Shown here in pieces: positions 30,407-40,642 of a stretch of 64,000 bases of DNA. Position 1 is the stretch's first letter. Every line of letters starts with the position of its first letter. Under the pieces are notes generated by a model, which was given only the letters and a program-made list of their open reading frames with translations, was not told the origin of the DNA and searched no databases. Origin of the DNA: Alphaproteobacteria bacterium (GTDB lineage: Bacteria; Pseudomonadota; Alphaproteobacteria; JAAXGF01); NCBI GenBank assembly GCA_963555825.3, contig CAUVXB020000001.1, positions 480,001-544,000 on the forward strand, read 5' to 3'. A program made the translations under genes and the position numbers.

Positions 30407-31132
30407 TTTATAATCACCGTGGGACAGCGGAGCAGTACATCAAGGAAGGCAAATACGCCATCAAGTGGACCCGGCTGTCATGCAGCAAGTTCCGCAACAA
30501 CGAGGTTCGGCTCCAGCTTCACGCCCTGGCCTACAATCTGGGCAACTTCATGCGGACGCTTGCGTTGCCGAAGGAGGTGGAACACTGGTCGCTGACCACG
30601 CTACGGGAGAAGCTGGTTAAGATCGGGGCCAAAGTTGTCCGCCATGGCCGTTATGTCACGTTCCAATTAGCCGAGGTCGCCGTGTCGAAAAGCTTGTTCC
30701 AGAAAATCTTGGCCTTGATTGATGATCTACGCCGAAGCCCCGTCCCGGCGTAGGCCGAGGAAATTGACGGCAAGGTGGAAAAGACAGGAGAGGTGTGTCT
30801 GGATGACGACAAATTTGGCCAAATGGGCTTCCAACAACGGCCAAATCATCAAATCGGGGCTGCCGAATGACCGCAGAGCGAAATTCCTTCCATCGGTGTT
30901 CGGGTTCGCCTACGATTTGCTCCGATACGAATGCTATCTGGGAAATATCGGCTGCTACGAGTTATGTATGTTGCGTCCGGGTTCATCCGAAGGCGCGGGG
31001 ACGATGAACAAGCGGACGGAAGTAGCCGGCCGAGCGCGCCGGGCGTCGAGTCGCGTCACAGCGTGCAAACCGGCTTCGCGTGAACGCGATGAACCGTCAT
31101 CGCCGTCGGAACAGCAGGACGAGGAGGCCAAG

Positions 31133-33484
31133 ATGAGCATCGAACATCGCGCGCGGCCCAAGCTGCTCGAACCCGGCCTGCTGCCCTTCGTGCCGGGGCT
31201 CGAACGCCACCGCGCGCCGGGCGGCGGCGCCTGCGTCGTTTCGCTCGCGCCGGGCGACGAGATCGCGCTGACCGACCACGAGGGTTGCCAGCGCTGCGAG
31301 GTCGTCGTGCTGGGCGCCGATGGCGGCGAGGATTTCGGCGCGCTGGGCCTCGACGCGCGTGAGCCGGCGAGCGGGCTCGCCGCGCTGGCCGGCGGGGCCA
31401 GCGACGACGGCCGAATGATTTCGCAGGCGCTCAAGGCGGCCGGACTCGAGCCCAGCACGGTCAACGCGTCTGTGTTGTTCGGCGACGGTACACCGGCGGG
31501 CGAGACCGCCTCGTTCACCGCCGATCGGGCCGCGTTGTGTATCGTCGTCGCGCCGGGCGGGCCGATGCGGGTCGACCAACAGGACCCGCCGACGGCGATA
31601 CGGGTCACGGTGCAGCGCGCCACGGTCGACCCCGGGATCGAGCGGCCGCTGCCGCCGCCGTTGGCCGATCCGCGCCTCGACAGCCGGATCCGAAAGGCGA
31701 CCGCCCAGGCCTACGAGGTCAAGGCTGGCGAATTCATCCAGGTGATCGACGTCGACGGCCGCGAGTGTTCCGACTTCCAGGCGTTTCACCGCGGCGACCT
31801 CGAGCGGGGTGTCGTCAGCGAACTCGACGCCACGACGACGCGCTATATCATGGGCGCGCTCTATCCGGGACCCGGCCTGTTCTCGAAATTCTACGACGAG
31901 GCGCAACGGCCGCTCGTCGAGGTCGTCCGCGATACCTGCGGCCGGCACGATACCTTCGGCCTCGCCTGCACCGCCAAGTATTACGAGGACATGGGCTATC
32001 CGGGCCACGTCAACTGCTCGGACAACTTCAGCGCGGCGCTGGCGCCATACGAGATCGCGCCGCGCAAGGGCTGGATGGCAATCAACTTCTTCTACAACAC
32101 GGTGGTTGATCCGGCGACCAACCGCATCTCCTTCGACGAGCCGTGGTCGCGTCCCGGCGATTACGTGCTGATGCGCGCGCTCACCGATTTGGTGTGCATC
32201 TCGTCGGCATGCCCGTGCGACATCGACAATGCCAACGCGTGGAACCCGACCGACATCCACGTCCGGGTCTATCCGGAAAAGAACGTCTTCTCCAAAGCGA
32301 TTGCATACAGAATGACCACAGATGCCGAACCTCAACTGACGCGCGAGACCGCGTTCCATGCGCGGACCTCGGAGCTCACGCGAAATTTCGTCGAATACAA
32401 CGGCTACTGGCTGGCGAAGAGCTACACCAACCACGGCGCCGTCGCCGAGTACCACGCCTGCCGTGAAGGCGCGGTGGTCATGGACCTCTCTGCGCTGCGC
32501 AAGTTCGAGGTGCACGGCCCCGACGCCGAGCAGCTCCTACAGCACACGCTGACGCGCAACGTGCTGAAGATCGCCGACGGCCAGGTCTCCTATTCGGCGA
32601 TGGTCAACGAGACCGGCGGCATGCTCGACGACGGCACGCTGTTCCGCCTCGGCCACGACAACTTCCGCTGGATCGGCGGCTCGGACTACGGCGGCATCTG
32701 GCTGCGTGAGCAGGCGGAAAAGCTGAGCCTCAAGGTGTGGGTCAGGAATTCGACCGACCAGCTTCACAACCTCGCGGTCCAGGGGCCGAAGAGCCGCGAC
32801 ATTCTCAAAAACGTCGTCTGGACGCCGCCGGCCCAGCCGTCGGTCGAGAAGCTCGGCTGGTTCCGCTTCGCGATCGGCCGAATCGGCGACCACAACGGCA
32901 CTCCGATCGTCGTATCTCGGACCGGCTATACCGGCGAGCTGGGTTTCGAGATCTGGTGCCATCCCAAGGACGGCCCCGATGTGTGGGACGCGGTCTGGCA
33001 GGCGGGCGAGCCGCACGGCCTGATGCCGATGGGCCTCGACGCGCTCGACATGCTACGCATCGAATCCGGGCTGATTTTCGCCGGCTACGAGTTCGACGAC
33101 CAGACTGACCCGTTCGAGGCCGGCATCGGCTTCGCCGTGGCGTTGAAGGCCAAGGCCAACGATGATTTCGTCGGCAAGGAGGCGCTGATGCGCCGCAAGG
33201 AGCACCCGAGCCGCGTACTCGTCGGCCTCGAACTCGAGGGCAACGAGGCGGCGGCCAACGGTGATTGCGTCCACGTCGGGCGCAGCCAGATCGGCACCGT
33301 AACCTCAGGCATGCGCTCGCCGATCCTGCGCAAGAACATCGCTCTCTGCCGCATCGCGGTAGAGCACGCCACGCTCGGCACCGCGGTCGAAGTCGGTAAA
33401 CTCGACGGCCACCAAAAACGCATTCCCGCCACCGTCGTCCGCTTCCCCTTCTACGATCCCGAGAAATCGCGCGTCCGCGCTTGA
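31133..33484 (+). CDS. tdm: DUF1989 + GcvT protein, trimethylamine N-oxide demethylase-like
   Basis: RBS GAGGAGG; RHDTFGLAC..YYEDMGYPGHVNCSDNF and SACPCDID; GcvT motifs SRTGYTGELGFE and PFYDP. Confidence 0.75.
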   Translation: MSIEHRARPKLLEPGLLPFVPGLERHRAPGGGACVVSLAPGDEIALTDHEGCQRCEVVVLGADGGEDFGALGLDAREPASGLAALAGGASDDGRMISQALKAAGLEPSTVNASVLFGDGTPAGETASFTADRAALCIVVAPGGPMRVDQQDPPTAIRVTVQRATVDPGIERPLPPPLADPRLDSRIRKATAQAYEVKAGEFIQVIDVDGRECSDFQAFHRGDLERGVVSELDATTTRYIMGALYPGPGLFSKFYDEAQRPLVEVVRDTCGRHDTFGLACTAKYYEDMGYPGHVNCSDNFSAALAPYEIAPRKGWMAINFFYNTVVDPATNRISFDEPWSRPGDYVLMRALTDLVCISSACPCDIDNANAWNPTDIHVRVYPEKNVFSKAIAYRMTTDAEPQLTRETAFHARTSELTRNFVEYNGYWLAKSYTNHGAVAEYHACREGAVVMDLSALRKFEVHGPDAEQLLQHTLTRNVLKIADGQVSYSAMVNETGGMLDDGTLFRLGHDNFRWIGGSDYGGIWLREQAEKLSLKVWVRNSTDQLHNLAVQGPKSRDILKNVVWTPPAQPSVEKLGWFRFAIGRIGDHNGTPIVVSRTGYTGELGFEIWCHPKDGPDVWDAVWQAGEPHGLMPMGLDALDMLRIESGLIFAGYEFDDQTDPFEAGIGFAVALKAKANDDFVGKEALMRRKEHPSRVLVGLELEGNEAAANGDCVHVGRSQIGTVTSGMRSPILRKNIALCRIAVEHATLGTAVEVGKLDGHQKRIPATVVRFPFYDPEKSRVRA

Positions 33485-33583
33485 GCCGACGGGTGACCCG
33501 CGCCGTGGCGATCCGGGCCAAGCACGCCGAGGAATGCGCGTTCAGGTCAACTCTATCACCGACCTCGAATGCCATTTTCGCGC

Positions 33584-33751
33584 TCACGTTTCCGCGATCA
33601 ACCGCGCGTCATTGGCGGGGTTCTTGAGTGGTGAGGTGTCGTAGGCGCTGTTGCCGATCACCAGCGCCACGCGCGGCTCGGGCGTCGTTGCGGCCAGCAC
33701 AGGCCCGACGAAAGCTAGGAGTAGGATCGTGGCGAAAACGTAACGGCGCAT
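33584..33751 (-). pseudogene. secreted caspase-like (peptidase C14) N-terminal remnant
   Basis: Signal peptide then RVALVIGNSAY...LKNPANDA, followed by a stop. Confidence 0.75.
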
Positions 33752-33778
33752 TGGGTGCTCCCTAGGCCGGAGAGTTTA

Positions 33779-34156
33779 TACCAACGGCACTAATTATTGA
33801 CCTGAAATCGCCCAATCTCTCATTCCGATGGACATGATCGTCTCGGGCTGGTCGATTAGTTTGTTCCAGGCTTGGCAACCGGCCTCGATGATGGCGTCGT
33901 AATCTTCGAAGACGCGGTTAGAGAGCCAATTCTGGCGGAGGTATTGCCAGATGTTCTCGACCGGGTTCAGCTCGGGCGAGCGCGATGGCAGCAGGATGAT
34001 GGTGAGGTTCTTGGGGACCTTGAGCTGGTCGGTGCTGTGCCACCCGGCGCGGTCCATCAGGACGACGCCATGGGCCTTGGCGGCGACGTTGCAGCTGATC
34101 TCGTCGAGATGCATCTGCATGGCGGCTGTGTTGGCGAAGGGGAGCATGAGAGCGGC
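33779..34156 (-). mobile_element. IS630 3' fragment (same element as 27426-28588)
   Basis: Matches 27426-27803; cut by the next IS. Confidence 0.9.
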
Positions 34157-35465
34157 TGTCATTCCTGAAAACCCCATCTGGCACAGGTTTCCGCCCCGTC
34201 GGCGCGTTCGAGACCACCGCCGAGGAAGAGATCGACGGTCAATGAGCGCGCGTGCCGGGCAGATGGGGGTTTCGCCGATTTGAGCTGGCCGGCGCAACGC
34301 CCCGCATGGGATTGGCCCGTGGACGCCCAGTGGGCGCCGGCGTTCATAGCAGAAGGATAGGTTCGGATCAGGCCGCCAGCCGTGCGTAACGGTGATGGAG
34401 CCCGCCGACCTGGGGGAACGCGACGATCTTCCCGGCACCGACGGGCTGGACCGGTCGCCCGTCGGGTGCGTCCTTTCCCAGCGACAAGTGCGTACGAGAC
34501 CGGTGGTAGTACGCGAGGTACGACGCGAGGATCCGCCGAAGGTGCCACTCGTTGAGGACGATCACGTGGTCCAAGCACTCTCGCCTGATGGACCCGATCA
34601 CCCTTTCCGCAAACGGATTCTGCCAAGGCGACCGTGGGGCGATTACGACCTCCTCGATGCCCATGGCTAAAACGCGAGCACGAAACACGCCACCGTATAC
34701 GCTATCGCGATCCCGGATCACGTAGCGTGGTGCCGTGTCCCACGGGAAGGCTTCGCGGATCTGCTGTGCCACCCACGCCGCGGTCGGGTTTGCCGTCACG
34801 GCGAAATGCACGATCCGCCGGCGCTCATGATGGAGCACGACGAAGGCGAAGAGGAGACTGAACGTCGCCGTCGGCACTACGAAGAAGTCGATCGATGCGA
34901 GACAGCCCACATGGTTCCGGAGAAAAGTCCGCCAGGTTTGCGAGGGTGGCTTCCGATGGCGTTCCATGTACTTGGACACCGTGGCCTCCGACACCTCGAT
35001 CCCCAGTTTCTTGAGTTCGCCGTGGATCCGGGGAGCGCCCCAGAGCGGGTTCTGCCGGCTCATCCGTCGAATAAGGTCGCGAACCTCGCGCGGAACCGGT
35101 GCCCGCCCTCCTCTCCGCCGCGACTTCCAGGCCCAGAACAAGCGGAATCCCTTGCGGTGCCAGGTGATTACCGTCTCGGGCCTCACGATCACAAGCGTGG
35201 CCCGCCAAGCCGGCCAAAGCCGAGAGAGCAACACCCAGAACAGACGATCCACCGAATGGAGCGACGGTCGCGACGAGCTTCGCTTCATCGTGGCGAGTTG
35301 CTGGCGCAACGCAAGGACTTCCAACTGGAGCGCTACGCGGCTGCGGAGGGTGTCACGGAGAGTGGCCAGGATGAGAAAAGTTGTCGTTCGCATACCGGAG
35401 AAGCTATCCGGCGTTCAGCGGAAATACCAAGGATTCTGTGCGGTACGAGGTTTTCAGGAGGGACA
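34157..35465 (-). mobile_element. IS481/IS3-like single-ORF element
   Basis: IRs TGTCATTCCTGAAAACC / TGTCCCTCCTGAAAACC; unrelated truncated ISs on both flanks, no TSD. Confidence 0.8.
34368..35393 (-). CDS. integrase-core-domain transposase
   Basis: NPLWGAPRIHGEL, IDFF, RDRD, AERVIGSIRRE. Confidence 0.88.
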   Translation of the reverse strand: MRTTTFLILATLRDTLRSRVALQLEVLALRQQLATMKRSSSRPSLHSVDRLFWVLLSRLWPAWRATLVIVRPETVITWHRKGFRLFWAWKSRRRGGRAPVPREVRDLIRRMSRQNPLWGAPRIHGELKKLGIEVSEATVSKYMERHRKPPSQTWRTFLRNHVGCLASIDFFVVPTATFSLLFAFVVLHHERRRIVHFAVTANPTAAWVAQQIREAFPWDTAPRYVIRDRDSVYGGVFRARVLAMGIEEVVIAPRSPWQNPFAERVIGSIRRECLDHVIVLNEWHLRRILASYLAYYHRSRTHLSLGKDAPDGRPVQPVGAGKIVAFPQVGGLHHRYARLAA

Positions 35466-36461
35466 GCCGTCGTCGAGCGCCTTCAAGACCAACCGTGAGT
35501 GGTAGCCCTTATCGGTCACACATTCGGCCGGATCTTCGGCCGTCGGCGCCACATCCACCGCCTCGAGGTTTGCCTCGGCCGCCGCCAGGGTCTTGGGAAG
35601 CGTTGTCGTATCGCCCTCGTCGGCCGGGTGCAGCTCCGCCGCCACCACCGCGCCGGTGTCCAGATCCACCGCGTGCTCGGGCTTGTAGGCCAGGTGCGTG
35701 GTGCCGTCCTTCATCTTGGCGATCTTGGCCTCGGGGTCGCTCCTGGAAACCCAGTCCTGGTTCGAGAGCTTCTTGCCCTTGCGCTTGCGGTCCAGACGCG
35801 CCAGGTCCTCAGCCGTGGGTGTCTCGATACCGCTCTCCTGGGCCAAGCGCTCCAGCATCCCCCGGTAACCCTCGCCCGTGTCCCTCCGCACGATGTTGCG
35901 CAGCGCCGCGTTGGCCTCCATGGTCGAGGCATCCACCCCGATGCGCTCGCCCTTCACCAGACCCGCCTCGGCGATCAGCGCCAGGACCCAGTCAAACACC
36001 GCCGTGTGGACTTCATGGGGCAGGCGCGCGCGGGTCCGTGACAGCCAGGAATGGTCCGGCACCCGTTCCCGCCTCTCCAACAGCAGGAACTCCCGTAGCG
36101 ACAGGGAATCCGAGCACCGCCACTCCAGCCCACGCTCAGAGTCGATACCCTCGAAGTAGCCCACCAGGTGCATACGGAAGTAGCGCCCGGGTGGCACCGA
36201 AGGCGCCCCCATCCTGGCCGCGTAATAGGGCTGGCAGACCGCCTCGGCGAAGCCGTCGAAGCCGCCCTCGATCAGTACCAACTGCAGGCGGTCGTAAAAT
36301 ACATGACCTGGCGAGCGCGGCATCTCCGACCAGCTCACCATCAAGTCCCCCTGACGATCCTTCTGCTGTCCCATCGCCATCAGCGAACCCCCCTTCAGGC
36401 CAGGACACCAGAGAATCAGACCATGCCGACTTCGTCCAGGGAAGACTTCGTCAACGGGCTG
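35466..36461 (-). mobile_element. truncated IS1182/IS5-like element (relative of 49342-50802)
   Basis: End CAGCCCGTTGACGAAG next to TTAA; transposase from 36380 cut at 35466. Confidence 0.85.
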
Positions 36462-36832
36462 TTAACGGGGGGCCGGGATCCAGATTGATCCTGTCGATTT
36501 CCAGAGCCGCAACCTTGAATAATGGATTTGCAGGATTGTTCGATTGTGGTGGTTGTCTTTGCATCTCGACTGCGGTCCTACAGACAGGTTCCAGCCCAAT
36601 AACCTCAAGTTGCCTAGACCGAGATTCCGCGGATGACGATATGCGGTCGCCGGTAGCGTAGCAAATATGGCGGTTGAAGGCGAATCCGGTCCTGATCCGG
36701 CAGTCTGCATAGCGATCACCCTCTTTGTCGAGCCGATTGGGCGATCAAAAGCCCTGACAGTGACCTTTTCGCGCTGTGAGAGCGTACCCCGGCGCACGCC
36801 GCACACACCCGTCCTGTCGAGCAATTTGGATG

Positions 36833-37190
36833 CTACTGGATCGGCGATCCAGGCGGGACCGTCTCCGAGGTTCGAGTTAGGCGACCGTCGCGTGACGTAG
36901 TCCGGCCCGGCGGCCTTCTCCCGGCATCGGCGAACAAGCTCAGGGCGAACCAGTCCTTGAAGCGGGCGATGTCCTTGCGCGTGCCCTCGAACGCCAAGCG
37001 CTCGGCGCGCGAGGCGGCGCGGATCGTGTCGTGGCCGAGCCGTATTTCGGCCAGCACGCGGACCGGCGCCGAGACGTAAAGGTCGACGTCGAAGCCCGGG
37101 TCGCGCATGCACAAGTCGGCCTCGCCGCGGTCGAAGACCAGCCAGTAGCAGCGCTTGATGGCCGGCACGCCCTGGGACTTGAACCACTTG
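36833..37190 (-). pseudogene. C-terminal remnant of an HxlR/SCP2-type regulator
   Basis: YWLVFDRGEADLCMRDPGFDVDLYV...WFALSLFA; no HTH part present. Confidence 0.6.
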
Positions 37191-37250
37191 GTTAGGCACC
37201 GCGCACCGCTATGTGGCGGCCAAACTCGCGGCGGGCTACCTGTCCTCACG

Positions 37251-38240
37251 TCACTTGCTCGCCAGGAAGGTCTCGGCCGGGCGTTCGTGGCCCGAGGGCA
37301 GGGGGGCTGAGGGATTGGCGATCCAGGCGGCGACGTCGCCGAGCACGACGGCCGCGTCGAGATCGCGCAGCAGCATGTGATAGCCGGCCGGATAAATCGC
37401 CACGCGGTGCGGCGCGGCGAGCCGCTTGAGCATCGCGTAGGTCGGTTCCTTGGGCACCAGGTCGTCGTGCTCGCCGTAGAGCACCAGCGTCGGCACGGCC
37501 GTGATCCGCGGCGCCGCGTCGAAGGCGGCGTCCATCAGGTTGACCAGGCCGTAGATCGCGTCGATGCGCGTGTGCTTGATGGTCGCCGGATCCTTGGCCA
37601 GCGCGATCAGCATCTCGCGGTTGTCCGATGGCCTGATGCCGAGGCCGCGGCCGGTCACCGTCTTCCACGGCACGGTATGGGCGCTGAGCCACAGACCGGC
37701 GCGATAGAACGGGTTCATCGACTGCCAGCCCCAGACGGCGGGCGCGACCAGCACCATGCCGTCGATCTCGGGTGGATCGGCGCCCGCCATCAGCACCATC
37801 GCCGCGGCGCCGCCCATGCTTTCGCCGACGATATAGAGCGGCACGCCGGGGTGCGCCGTCCGCGCCAAATCGAGCGCTGTGCGCAGATCATCGACCATCG
37901 TCTCGATGCCCGGCCACAGGCCGTGGTGCGCGGTCTCGCCGAAGCCCCTCTGGTCGTAGGCATACGTCGTGATGCCGTCGGCCGCCCAGGCTTCAGCCGG
38001 TACCACGAAGGCGTTCGAGTAGTCGTTGAAGCCGTGCAGCGCGACGACCACGGCGCGTGGCTTGCCGTCGGCCGTCCACAGCCTGAGCGGCAGGCGCGCG
38101 CCGTCGGCGGCACGCAGGTGATCGGCCGCCAGCACCGGCGCCATGATGGCGGGTCCGGCCGCCTCGATGCGTGGCGCGCAGGCGCCGAGCGCCAGCAGAG
38201 TGGCGGCGATTACTACCAAGGAGCAGTGATAAAGACCCAT
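37251..38240 (-). CDS. lysophospholipase/monoglyceride-lipase-family lipoprotein
   Basis: LHGFNDY, DQRGFG, GESMGG, YHMLLRD; lipobox LGAC. Start ambiguous (38240 or 38528) because of the MITE. Confidence 0.85.
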   Translation of the reverse strand: MGLYHCSLVVIAATLLALGACAPRIEAAGPAIMAPVLAADHLRAADGARLPLRLWTADGKPRAVVVALHGFNDYSNAFVVPAEAWAADGITTYAYDQRGFGETAHHGLWPGIETMVDDLRTALDLARTAHPGVPLYIVGESMGGAAAMVLMAGADPPEIDGMVLVAPAVWGWQSMNPFYRAGLWLSAHTVPWKTVTGRGLGIRPSDNREMLIALAKDPATIKHTRIDAIYGLVNLMDAAFDAAPRITAVPTLVLYGEHDDLVPKEPTYAMLKRLAAPHRVAIYPAGYHMLLRDLDAAVVLGDVAAWIANPSAPLPSGHERPAETFLASK

Positions 38241-38474
38241 AGAGACGGCTTGCCGTGGTTCTCGGCTAGGCGCGCCCGTCGCGGCGATGCAGCGCATCGC
38301 GAGACGGGCGCAACGACGACCGAGAGCCTCGGCAAGCCGCCCTTCGGGTCGCGTCCGCTTATCGCCGGAGGGCGTCAGGAAGCCTAGCCGATGCGCTGCA
38401 TCGCCCGCGGCTCCCTTCCTACCCGGCGAAAAGCGGACGCGATCTCTATGGATCTTTATCACTGCTCCTTGGTA
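38214..38474. mobile_element. MITE 1
   Basis: 33-bp IR CTACCAAGGAGCAGTGATAAAGAYCCATAGAGA (1 mismatch), TA at both ends. Confidence 0.8.
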
Positions 38475-38578
38475 GACAGCCCTCGCCCAAGCGGCGCGGC
38501 GCGTGTTGGCTGCGATTCGGATCGACATGGCGGCGCGAGTATGGGGCACGGCCATGCGGGTGTCACTCGCCCTCGATG

Positions 38579-38863
38579 CCCTCGCCAGGAGCCTATCCGA
38601 GAATTTTGAACAGCCTGCACCGTCTTTTCAAGGTCTTGGGCAAGGATGGCGTCGCGTCGTGATGCTGTGAGCATCACGAGCGGCGGCAGACGCTGTCCCA
38701 AGGCCTTGAAAAGGCGGCCCTTCGGGTCGACCTGAGACGCGCGATTGCGGCGTCGCGGCGGCTCGACGATGCCCAGGCATCGCCTGCGCCACCGCTCCTA
38801 GCACTCGCACGTCTCAGGTCGATGCAGGCCATTCAGGATTCTCGGATAGGCTCCTGGCGAGGG
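38579..38863. mobile_element. MITE 2
   Basis: 41-bp IR CCCTCGCCAGGAGCCTATCCGAGAAT..TGAA..GCCTGCA; internal GCCCTTCGGGTCG shared with MITE 1. Confidence 0.78.
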
Positions 38864-38917
38864 AGCTTGTCCGTGGTCCTTGCGGGCCCCATATCTGGGG
38901 TCTATGGTGCCCGCCCC

Positions 38918-39745
38918 GTGACACAACATTCCCTTCCTTCGACCGCCTTTGCGGTGACGCCGCGCCAGCGGCCTGTCGAGCGCGCCAACTGGTACGGCGC
39001 ATGGACGCTGTTCCGCAAGGAGCTCCGGCGCGTCCTCAAGATGCCGGGCTTCACGGTGTTCGCGCCGATCGTCACGGCGGTGTTGTATCTCGCCGTGTTC
39101 ACGATCGCCTTCGGCGGCGATGTGCGCGGCGCCGGCGGCACGGCGCTCGCCGACTTCATGGCCCCTGGACTGGTCATGATGGCGATCGTCAACGCCGCAT
39201 TCCTCAACACCTCGGCCAGCGTGCTCGAAGGCAAGATGAACGGCACGATCGCCGATCTTCTCATGCCGCCGCTGAGCCCGCTCGAGGTCGTGCTCGGCCT
39301 CGTCGCCGGCGGCGCCTTCACCGGATGTCTGGTCGGCCTGGGGCTCGTCGTCGTCATGCAACCCTTCGTGCCGCTCACGCCCGAACAGCCGGTCCATGCC
39401 CTTCTGTTCGCCGTTGCCGCGTCGTCGGCGATGGCGATGGCGGGGCTGATCACCGGGCTGTGGGCGCGGACATGGGACCATCTGGCGGCGGTCGCGAGCT
39501 TCACGGTGATGCCGCTCGCCTTTCTCTCGGGCGCGTTCTATTCGATCGAGCGGCTGCCCGCCGCTTGGCAGGTGGCGAGCCAGTTCAACCCCATCTTCTA
39601 TATGGTCGACGGCTTCCGCTACGGCTTCATTGGATTCGTCGACGGCTCGCTGGCGCTCGGCTTCGGTGTCTTGACGGCGCTCAACCTCGGCCTCGGGCTG
39701 GTCTGCTATCGACTGGTCGCCACCGGCTACAACATGAAGCAATGA
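38918..39745 (+). CDS. ABC-2 type permease (YadH-like)
   Basis: FMAPGLVMM, PLAFLSGAFYS, NPIFYMVDGFRYGF. Confidence 0.88.
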   Translation: MTQHSLPSTAFAVTPRQRPVERANWYGAWTLFRKELRRVLKMPGFTVFAPIVTAVLYLAVFTIAFGGDVRGAGGTALADFMAPGLVMMAIVNAAFLNTSASVLEGKMNGTIADLLMPPLSPLEVVLGLVAGGAFTGCLVGLGLVVVMQPFVPLTPEQPVHALLFAVAASSAMAMAGLITGLWARTWDHLAAVASFTVMPLAFLSGAFYSIERLPAAWQVASQFNPIFYMVDGFRYGFIGFVDGSLALGFGVLTALNLGLGLVCYRLVATGYNMKQ

Positions 39746-40614
39746 GCGCGCCGATGGTCGCCGAAACTCATACCGCCGGTGCCACCGCCGCCGAGCCAAT
39801 CGATACGATGCTCGACCGGCCGCTGGTCTGCCACCGCTTCGAGAGCGGTGAGATCAATTGGTACGGCGCCTGGACGCTCTACCTCAAGGAGGTCTTGCGC
39901 TTCCTCAAGGTGCCGACGCAGACGGTGTTTGCGCCGATGGTGACGGCGCTGCTGATGCTGACCATCTTCTCGCTGGCGCTCGGCCGCGCGCTGCGCGAAA
40001 TGGGCGGTGTGCCGTTCCTCGAGTTCCTGGCGCCCGGCCTGATCATGATGGCGATGATCCAGAGCGCCTTCTCGCATACCTCGTCGAGCCTGGTGATCGC
40101 CAAGATCCAGGGCAATATCGTCGATCTGTTGATGACGCCGCTGGCGCCCAGCGAATTCGGCCTCGCCATCGTCGCCGGCGGTATGACGCGGGCGCTGATT
40201 GCCGGCACGGCGCTGTGCCTCGCCATGCAGTTCTTCGTCGACGCCGTGCCGCAGCATCCGGCGGCGGTGCTGTTCTTCGCCCTCACGGGGGCGTCCTCGA
40301 TGGCGCTGTTGGGCCTGATGGGCGGCATCTGGGCCGAAAAGTTCGACCACATGTCGGCGGCGACCAACTTCGTCATCACGCCGCTCGCCTTCCTCTCGGG
40401 CACGTTCTATTCGGTCGATCGTCTACCCGGCGTCTGGCACACGATCAGTCAGATCAATCCGATCTTCTATATGATCGACGGCTTCCGTTACGGCTTCACA
40501 GGCAACGCCGACGGTTCGCTCGCGATTGGCGTGACCGTCATGATCGTCGTCAACGCGGGCCTCTGGCTCGGTTGCCACCGCATGCTGGCGACCGGCTACA
40601 AGCTCAAACCCTGA
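39742..40614 (+). CDS. ABC-2 type permease (YadH-like), tandem paralog
   Basis: ATGA overlap with the previous gene; same motifs. Confidence 0.9.
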   Translation: MSAPMVAETHTAGATAAEPIDTMLDRPLVCHRFESGEINWYGAWTLYLKEVLRFLKVPTQTVFAPMVTALLMLTIFSLALGRALREMGGVPFLEFLAPGLIMMAMIQSAFSHTSSSLVIAKIQGNIVDLLMTPLAPSEFGLAIVAGGMTRALIAGTALCLAMQFFVDAVPQHPAAVLFFALTGASSMALLGLMGGIWAEKFDHMSAATNFVITPLAFLSGTFYSVDRLPGVWHTISQINPIFYMIDGFRYGFTGNADGSLAIGVTVMIVVNAGLWLGCHRMLATGYKLKP

Positions 40615-40642
40615 TCCTTGGTATAAACCCTCGAGGCGCGTC

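Larger units (their letters stand above)
28701..30753 (+). pseudogene. IS1380 transposase split by 29712-30406
   Basis: TSDAGLL, LDMDSS, LRPGNVHSA; rejoins as VVAFYN|HRGTAEQYIKEGK. Confidence 0.9.
28607..30951 (+). mobile_element. IS1380-family element interrupted by a cassette
   Basis: Ends CCCGCATTTCCCA / TGGGAAATATCGG. Confidence 0.8.

Noticed and set aside
30719-31132. 138-aa N-terminal extension of the tdm-like ORF
   Set aside because: It begins inside IS1380; a strong RBS and ATG at 31133 give the expected length.
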